In this document: one piece after another, positions 55,184-64,000 of the stretch
Numbering within the stretch: position 1 is the stretch's first letter
Layout of the letters: every line of letters starts with the position of its first letter
Assembly: GCA_951406725.2 (NCBI GenBank)
Contig: OX597839.1
Location: 40,238,001 to 40,302,000 of the forward strand
Direction: 5' to 3'
Source: Octopus vulgaris
Lineage: Eukaryota
Length of the DNA: 64,000 bases
Notes under the pieces: generated by a model
What the model was told of the DNA's origin: nothing
Seen by the model: only the letters and a program-made list of their open reading frames with translations
The model's database searches: none
Translations under genes and position numbers: made by a program

Positions 55184-55363
55184 ATCTATCTATCTATCTA
55201 TCTATCCATCTATCTTCTTTCTACGTATGTATGCATGTATATATGTACCTACCTACCTACCGACCTACCTACCTACCTACCTACCTACCTACCTACCTAC
55301 CTACCTACCTACCTCCTTACCTACCTACCTATCTACCTACCTGACTACCTATGTATCTATCTA

Positions 55364-55748
55364 CTCTTTTACACGTTTACTTGTTTCAGTCATTTCAATG
55401 TGGCCATGCTGGGAGCACCGACTTTAGTCGAGCAAATCGACCCCAGAGTTTATACTTTGTAGGCCTAGTACTTATTCTTACGGCCTCTTTTGCCAAACCG
55501 CTAAGTTACGGGGACGTAAGCACACCAGCATCGGTTGTCAAGCGATGTTGGGGATAAACAGACTCACAAACATATACATACACGTAAATATTCAAATATA
55601 TACATATACGAAGGGCTTTGTCCAGTTTCCGTCAATCATATCCACTCACATAGTAGAAGACACTTGCCCAAAGTGCCACACAATGGGACCGAAACCGGGA
55701 CCATGTGGTTGGAATGCAAGCTACTTACCACACAGCCACTCCTGCGCC
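55364..55748 (-). mobile_element. SINE family A, near full length
   Basis: Tail through head cacacagccactcctgcgcc. Confidence 0.9.
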
Positions 55749-55819
55749 TATCTATTTGTATTTCTTCCTTATCTTCTATACACACATACAAATATATACG
55801 TACATACATTTATATCTAC

Positions 55820-55869
55820 ATGAACTGACCTGTTTCACCATTTTAAAATGGTAAAACAGGTCATTTCAT
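55820..55869. repeat. 50-bp near-perfect spacerless palindrome
   Basis: atgaactgacctgtttcaccatttt|aaaatggtaaaacaggtcatttcat; 2 mismatched pairs of 25. Confidence 0.9.
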
Positions 55870-56351
55870 CCCAAATTCTTTGTAAACTGCTAAATATCTC
55901 TCCTTCTGTGTATATATATATACCATCAAAATATGACCTTTTTGAACTTATAATTTTCTGTGTATATATATATATATATATATAGATAAATAGATACTTC
56001 CAAACAAACATGATTTTCCTAATGTTTTTAATGAACTTTTTAATATTTTCTCAAGATATTTCCTTGTAAACTGTTTTTAACATTTTCTTATTATTATCAA
56101 AGAATGTATATATGTATTTTAATATTTAGTGACAACCAGTACTTAAAACAACAAAGCTTTTACAAAGCTTTACATTTTACTTTTGACAATCTTTTTCTAA
56201 AAAAGTGAAACCGATCAAGTGAATAAACATCTTTTAAAATTGCATTTTCAAACATTCTTTCATATATAGTTCCACTCGTGCGGTACCTTACAACTTCACT
56301 TTATTATATATATACATATAAATAAATAAATAAATAAATAAATACATATAT

Positions 56352-56533
56352 ATTTTATGTATATGTTTACCGATAACGGTTCTTTTAACATACCGAACTA
56401 CTTGATAAAATTATTAATTATTAATTAATAAATTAGTTTTACGCTTTATTATTATGGATAAATTTAATTAATAATTTTACCAAGTAGTTCGGTATGTTAA
56501 AAGAACCGTTATCGGTAACCATATACATAAAAT
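56352..56533. repeat. 69-bp inverted repeat with 44-bp spacer
   Basis: 56352-56420 versus 56465-56533; 2 mismatches by eye. Confidence 0.92.
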
Positions 56534-56681
56534 TTTATAAATATGAGTATAATTGAAATTAGGATTCACCAAAAATATACTTCACCACATACCGAAATTA
56601 AGAAATAGCAGTTAAAACTAACTATTTCACTAATATACGAAAATCTCCGATATAACATCTTATAGTAGTGAAAGATAAACA

Positions 56682-56988
56682 TCGCCATTTTCAAGCCTAG
56701 CCAGGCTCATGGGCTCGGTTTCCCAGTTTCTGTGGCGCATGTGCCCCCTCCCCCAGCTGGACGGGACGCCAGTCTATCTCAACGTTACTCAAGAAACAGG
56801 AAGAGAGAGTGAGAGAAAGTTTTGGCGAAAGAGTACAACCGGGGTCACCACCACCCCCTGCCGGAGCCACGTGGTGCTTTTAGGTGTTTTCACTCAATAG
56901 ACACACACAACGCCCGGTCTGAGAATCGAAACCGAGATCCTCCGACCGCGAGTCCGCTGCTCTAACCACTGGGCTGCTGCACCTCCAC
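56682..56988 (-). mobile_element. SINE family B chimera (B1 middle, B2-type 3' module)
   Basis: Same head and middle as B1, then reverse-strand gatagactggcgtcccgtccag and gaaactgggaaaccgagcccatgagcc. Confidence 0.85.
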
Positions 56989-57190
56989 ACATACATATAC
57001 AACCACACAAATACACACAGAGAGAGATATACGATGGGCTTCTTTCCGTTTCCGTCTACGAAATCCACTCACAACACTTTGGTCGGCCCGGGGCTATAAC
57101 CGAAGATATTTGCCCAAGGTGACACACAATGGGACTGAACCGGGAACGATACAGTTGAGAAGAAATCTTGTTGCCTCTCAGACACGCATG
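56989..57190 (-). mobile_element. SINE family A, 5' half
   Basis: gggcttctttccgtttccgtctacgaaatccactcacaa...ttgcccaaggtg...tgggactgaacc. Confidence 0.8.
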
Positions 57191-57595
57191 GAAAACGACG
57201 TTAGATTCGCAAAATGGCGATTAGGAAGAATGTCCATGTATGGACTGAACTCAAACTTCCAGCTCTCCCGCAACTTCTCTTACTCTTCTCTTTCTCTCTC
57301 GTTTTATCTCTTCCTCCCATTCTCTCACACTCACACATGCTGCACAGACAGACACACGCTCACAAAGACAAAGCCATACACGCACCTGTGTACCCATAAG
57401 CGCAAAACCACAAGCTCCCACATGAAAAGCTTACGTTTATATATAAAATACATAATACATTTACATATTAATATGATACGCACACATTTATGTATGTAAT
57501 GTATATGTATATATATAACTATATATAAATATATATATATTATATATATATATATACATATATATATCATAAATATAAATTATATATATATATCG

Positions 57596-57640
<45 letters not shown>

Positions 57641-57852
57641 TACATATATATATACACACACAAACGTAGGCACATACACATGCACACATATACACACGCA
57701 CACACAGACACACACATACAAACACACGCATATATATATATATATTTATATTCCTATACGCATACACATTCATGTGCATATATAGACCCATAGATATGTA
57801 TGTTTATTCATGAAAATAGCTATTCTAAAGAATATGACAGTGTAATATGTAT

Positions 57853-57893
<41 letters not shown>

Positions 57894-58211
57894 TGTTTCA
57901 CTGTGTTTACGCGTGTTTGCATGTGTGCGTGTGTGTGCGTGTGCGTGTGTGTGCACGAGCGTGCACACCTATATAAGGAAAACATGTGCATGAATAATGC
58001 AATTTATATAACACAAAAAATAAGCATAAGAACAACAACAATCGTAACGATAACAGAAGCAATACACAACAGACAGACACATACACACACATACACACAC
58101 GCACACTCACACACAAAGGCATTTACATACATCCACACACACATACAGAAATACATATTCATACATCGATGTACATGCATAAACGAAAGCGTATACATAT
58201 GCACAAATATA

Positions 58212-58249
<38 letters not shown>

Positions 58250-58652
58250 GTATGTATGCATGTATGTATATATATATATATAGGCTTCCTATATTGTGTG
58301 GTTATTCTGTGGTTTTTCTGTTACCGTTAAAGTAACAATCGCCTCCATCTTTAAGATGGCGAGGAAGAGAAAATGTACGGCGTGTGTGAGTGGTATGGGG
58401 TAGAATCATGTCCATAGAGAGAGAAGTGTGGGCTCGCATTCCTCTCGTGTATAATTACGTGCATTTATTAAGCACTAATAGAAGAAAAATACCAGGACGG
58501 AAAAAAATATTCACGGCATATGAATAGACGCATACACTTTATGTATATATATATGTATATATATATATATACATACACATATATATATATATATAGATAT
58601 ATATATATACACACATACACACACACACATATATATATACACATATGTGTAT

Positions 58653-58697
<45 letters not shown>

Positions 58698-58768
58698 TAT
58701 ATATATACATATATGTGTATATATATGTATACATTTATATATATATATGTATATACCCAAGCGTATTC

Positions 58769-58874
<106 letters not shown>

Positions 58875-59736
58875 GCACATGTATATACATATGCAGACAC
58901 GCGCATATATGTGTGTGTGCCTGTGTGTGTGTAGATAGTGATACAAGCATATATTTACATGAAAATATATATACAGGCACCTCCCCACACACACACACAT
59001 TCTGATGTCTGTGTATGTGTGCACACGTTCGTCGTCTGTGTATATTTTTTATACGTGTGCGCGAGCGTGAGTGTGTAATCATACGCGTGCAACGTATATT
59101 TTAACAGAAAACGCGAAGATACATAGATTTCGAGAAGAAGAAGAAAAACAACAAAAACAATATATAAACTACATAAAACAAAGAAAAAAAACATTACAAC
59201 ACCAACAACAAAAACTAAAAGCACCAGCATTACAAGTATCAAAGCAAGTGTGTGAATATATGTGATTGTGTGGGGGATAGCTTGTGTATGATAATAATGT
59301 TATATAGAGGTGTAATCTTCGTTGGTGGCCATCCATCCATCCATCCATCCATCCATCCACGCTGCTATCCCACACAATCGTCCGTCCTACCGGAACAATA
59401 CTCTGTGTTACAAGTATGGTAGATCACGTAGCCGGGTCTTAAGCACGCCACTTCTTTTACTGGTTCTTTAACAGACACAACGTCAATGATATGTATATCC
59501 GTCTGCCTGCGTGATTGTGTGTATGTGTGTGGGGGTGCATATATGTATATGTGTGTGTGTGTGTTTGTATGTATCCGTGTGTATACATGTGTGGGCGTGT
59601 GCGAGTGCATGTGTGCGTGTGTGTCTGGGTAAATATATGTGTATATATATGTGTGTGTATATGTGTGTGTATATGTGTGGATGTGTACGAGTGGGTGTGT
59701 GCGTGCGTAAAAGTTTATATGTATCTATAAATGCAC

Positions 59737-59785
<49 letters not shown>

Positions 59786-59945
59786 AATATAGGCATATAT
59801 ATATACATATATGTGTATACATGTGATTATATGTAGACACATATATATATTTATGTATATATATATGCGTATATATATATATATATATCCATACCTACAT
59901 ATATATGTATATATACATATACATATAGGTATATGTGTGTATATT

Positions 59946-59986
<41 letters not shown>

Positions 59987-60054
59987 ATATATATATATAT
60001 ACACATATATATGGCTGTGGATGTTTGAATATATGTATTCATACGTACATGCAC

Positions 60055-60097
<43 letters not shown>

Positions 60098-60665
60098 TAC
60101 ATATAGTGTGTGCTTGTGTGTGTGTGCATGTATATATGCTATACACACAAGCACGCACCCACACACGCACCCACACACGCACACAGAGGATGCTTTCTTC
60201 CGGTGTCTGTTGCTCTGGTAAGAGAAGGTAATGATGCCGTTGTTGTTGGCGGCGGTGCTTTTTGGTGTGATGATGATGGTGTTGTTAGTGGCGATCGTTT
60301 AGATTAGGAAGTTGTTTCCTAAATGTTAATTTTTCTGACGTTAGCACGAAACTAGTGTTCAGTGTTTTACGAAACTTAAACTATTAGTTGCTGCTGCTAT
60401 TGCTGCTGCTACTGTTAAGATGTCGTTGATGATTGTTACATAAACCTCAGTGTTCAATTGGAGATTGTTTTATCGATCGTTATCTGACGGAAGGCAGGTC
60501 GAACTCGGAGGTATTTGAAGTGAGAGCGCAAAGATGGACGATGCTGTCAGCTGTCAGTTAACGATGGTGTCGTTTCGCCGACTTCTGAACAACAACGTCG
60601 ACGACGATGGTGACGATGAAAATCAGAAGGTGTCATGAGTGGTGCAAGAGTAAAGAAATACGGTA

Positions 60666-61080
60666 TACGCAGGAATGGCTGTGTGGTAAGTAGCTTGATA
60701 ACCAACCACATGGTTCTGGGTTCAGTCCCACTGCGTGGTATCTTGGGCAAGTGTCTTCTGCTATAGCCCCGGGCCGACCAATGCCTTGTGAGTGGATTTG
60801 GTAGACGGAAACTGAAAGAAGCCTGTCGTATATATTTATATATATATGTGTGTATGTGTGTTTTTGTGTGTCTGTGTTTGTCCTCCTGGCATTGCTTGAC
60901 AACCGATTGCTGGTGTGTTTACGTCCCCGTCACTTAGCGGTTCGGCAAAAGAGACCGATAGAATAAGTACTGGGCTTACAAAGAATAAGTTGTCCTGGGG
61001 TCGATTTGCTCGACAAAAGACGGTGCTCCAGCTTGGCCGCAGTCAAATGACTGAAACAAGTAAAAGAGTAAAAGAGTAAA
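60666..61080 (+). mobile_element. SINE family A, full length
   Basis: Same architecture as 10170 and 49595. Confidence 0.93.
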
Positions 61081-61240
61081 TGGTTGACTGATGAATATAG
61101 ATCATTCATTGAATAAGGCAGCAACAGAACACACACAACAACGACACAAATGACAAGGAACCCCACAAAACAAAATGCAATAAAACAATATACAGCAACA
61201 TAACACATACACACGCATGTTCTAACACTAACGGTGTATA

Positions 61241-61420
61241 CCGTAAATCCTCGAGCATAGTCCGCCCTTAAGTATAATACGCAGTTTTTTTTTTTTAGGG
61301 GACTGTAGCTCTGAATCACCTAAAACTTGTGTATAATACGCACTCCTTCTCTAACTTGAGTCGTGCGTAAATAATTAGCACAGGGGACTATTAGTTCGAC
61401 TAAAATTCTTCACAGTATTA
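61241..61420 (+). mobile_element. Left end of a pogo/Tigger-like DNA transposon
   Basis: TA|CCGTAAATCCTCGAG terminus with repeated subterminal gtataatacgca motifs; matching right TIR not found; extent uncertain. Confidence 0.5.
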
Positions 61421-61744
61421 AGAAATATCGAGACTGACAACAGAAGCAACGGAGCCACACTGTGCAGTCCAGTGTTGTACTTTCGATTCGTTTATGGGGC
61501 AGTTATCTACCCTGTCAGTATATATAAATGTGCTTTTACGCTGCTTTAAGTGGCTTCACTGTTATTTTTGCTATGTATGTGCTTGTAGCGCGCACACACA
61601 CTGTCATAATTAGTGTCTATATATATATATAGCATATATATAATATGGTACCATAGGCGATATATATATATATATATATATATGTGTGTATATATATATA
61701 TATATGTATATTGTATGTATATATACACATATATATATATATAC

Positions 61745-61848
<104 letters not shown>

Positions 61849-61875
61849 TATATATGAGTGTGAAAAATTAGATAT

Positions 61876-61916
61876 TTATTCTGGTATAGCCAACTTCGGT
61901 GGCTATACCAGAATAA
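61876..61916. other. Perfect 17-bp hairpin capped by a c(TTCG)g loop
   Basis: ttattctggtatagcca-acttcgg-tggctataccagaataa. Confidence 0.9.
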
Positions 61917-62008
61917 GGAGCTCTTTTTAGCACTAGAGTTAACCACTTTGCGGTAACACTCTTATATTTATGTGTATATATATATACATATATATCTTTA
62001 AGCTTACA

Positions 62009-62051
<43 letters not shown>

Positions 62052-62770
62052 ATATATGTATATATATATATATTTGCATATATATATATTTACTTACATG
62101 TAACTATCTGCATACGTATATGCATATTTGTATGTGTGTATATATATATATATATACATACACCCGCTAACACACACATATATTTGTACATACGTACACA
62201 TACATATATATGTATACATATATATGTATGTGTATATGTTTTTCTGTGCATAAGTGCCTAAGTGTGTCTATGTATTGGCAAGATGTGACGTGGTTAAAGT
62301 TCACTGAACAACTTGCCGTAGCTTGCAATTAAACACTGATTAACTAATCGTCACGATTCACTGATCACCGTCTTTTTCTTTTCTGTTTATTTAAAAAAAA
62401 AACTTTTTGGTCGCAGCGAAATGGTGACGGCGGTGGAGATTGTGGTGGAATGAAAAATGTCTGTCTCTGCGTCATAGCAAATTCCAATATCTGTGTATGT
62501 CTCTGTGTTGTTTTATGTGAGTTTTAGTATATGTGTGAATGATGTTATTTTGTTTGTATATTTATGGATGCTTAATTGGTTGTGCATTTCTGTTTTTTTC
62601 TCTTTTTTATTTGCGTGTATGCCTGCGTGTTCGTGACAACGTGTGTGCGTTTACGTGCGCGTCTGTGAGTATATGTGTGCTAGTTACTATAATCATGGTT
62701 GTTCATCTATGCGTTACTTCTTGTATGTTTGTGCCTCCAAGCAATATACATTTATATATGTGTATATAAA

Positions 62771-62812
<42 letters not shown>

Positions 62813-62856
62813 CTCATGTACATATACATATGTTGGTATGAAAACATGTATATATG

Positions 62857-62889
<33 letters not shown>

Positions 62890-62974
62890 ATAAATACATG
62901 TATATATATACATATATATATATATATTTACATATATACATACACACACATATACATATATATATTTATAATAT

Positions 62975-63045
<71 letters not shown>

Positions 63046-63323
63046 TATATAAGCACACATACATTCATACATATATGGGAATATTTGTGAATATTATGCG
63101 AATATGTGTGCAAATAAATATCTCAGCTTGTGCGTCTGCCAGTGTGTTGTATATATATAATACTGCGTACGTTATTGAGTCGATACGTATGCATTTATTT
63201 ATACGTTGCTATAAAGATTTCCTTAGACTCTTGTGTTTCTATAAACATGTGGTAATAAATTTATGGCTGTTTCTGCGGGTTTCTGCGTCTATATGCGTTA
63301 GTTTCTATGCTTTTAACTTTTAG

Positions 63324-63709
63324 GTGGAGGCACAATGGCCCAGTGGTTAGGGCAGCGGACTCGCGGTCGGAGTATCGCGGTTTCGATTCCCAGACCGGGC
63401 ATTGTGAGTGTTTATTGAGCGAAAACACCTAAAGCTCCACGATGCTCCGGCACGGGTTGGTGGTGAACCCTGCTGTACTCTTTCACCACAACTTTCTCTC
63501 GCTCTTTCTTCCTGTTTCTCTTGTACCTGTATTTCAAACGGCCAGCCTTGTCACATTCTGTGTGTCACGCTGAATCTCCTCGAGAACTACGTTATGGGTA
63601 CACGTGTCTGTGGAGTGCTCAGCCACTTGTACGTTAATATCACGAGCAAGCTGTTCCGTTGATCGTATCAGCTGGGACTCTCATCGTCGCAACCGACGGA
63701 GTGCTCCTA
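63324..63709 (+). mobile_element. SINE family B (B1), older copy, 13-bp TSD
   Basis: TSD ttttaacttttag at 63311-63323 and 63710-63722. Confidence 0.92.
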
Positions 63710-63967
63710 TTTTAACTTTTAGTCCGTATATGAAGGAGTCTATTCATGCAGTTTTCATTTTGTATAAATATATAAACATATATATACAAATAAACATGCG
63801 AATTCGTTTGTGAAGTGTTGGTTTATGTTCGTATAAGAGATCAGTATTTCCTGCGCATGCGCGAGATGTGGAATTGCATATATACATTTTTGAAAGTGTA
63901 GGTAAATTTTGACGTTGCGCATATGGTTCCATACGCACATACAGATAATCATCATGTGTGTGCATGT

Positions 63968-64000
<33 letters not shown>

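Overview
Eukaryotic, AT-rich, essentially non-coding DNA (intron or intergenic). The microsatellite load and tRNA-derived SINE families suggest an octopus/coleoid cephalopod genome (inference). No intact protein-coding gene is evident, and nearly all ORFs in the supplied track are microsatellite read-throughs or SINE artefacts. The window holds three main tRNA-derived SINE families (called A, B, C here), some with clean target-site duplications. It also holds non-autonomous Helitrons, two decayed Tc1/mariner-superfamily transposase genes, MITEs, an initiator tRNA-Met pseudogene and several isolated hairpins/palindromes. Three signals stand out. (1) Three or four unrelated short cassettes in or beside (TA)n tracts each carry a minimal type I hammerhead-ribozyme fold (1959-2003 +, 21504-21539 +, 22049-22121 -, atypical 14041-14076 +). 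(2) The cleanest hammerhead would cut 35 nt upstream of a 15-nt microexon-like sequence with strong splice sites on the same strand. (3) SINE family C forms head-[body-linker]n-tail multimers with the same two junction types (184 and about 215 bp periods) at independent loci. All alignments and folds were done by eye; family names need a database search.
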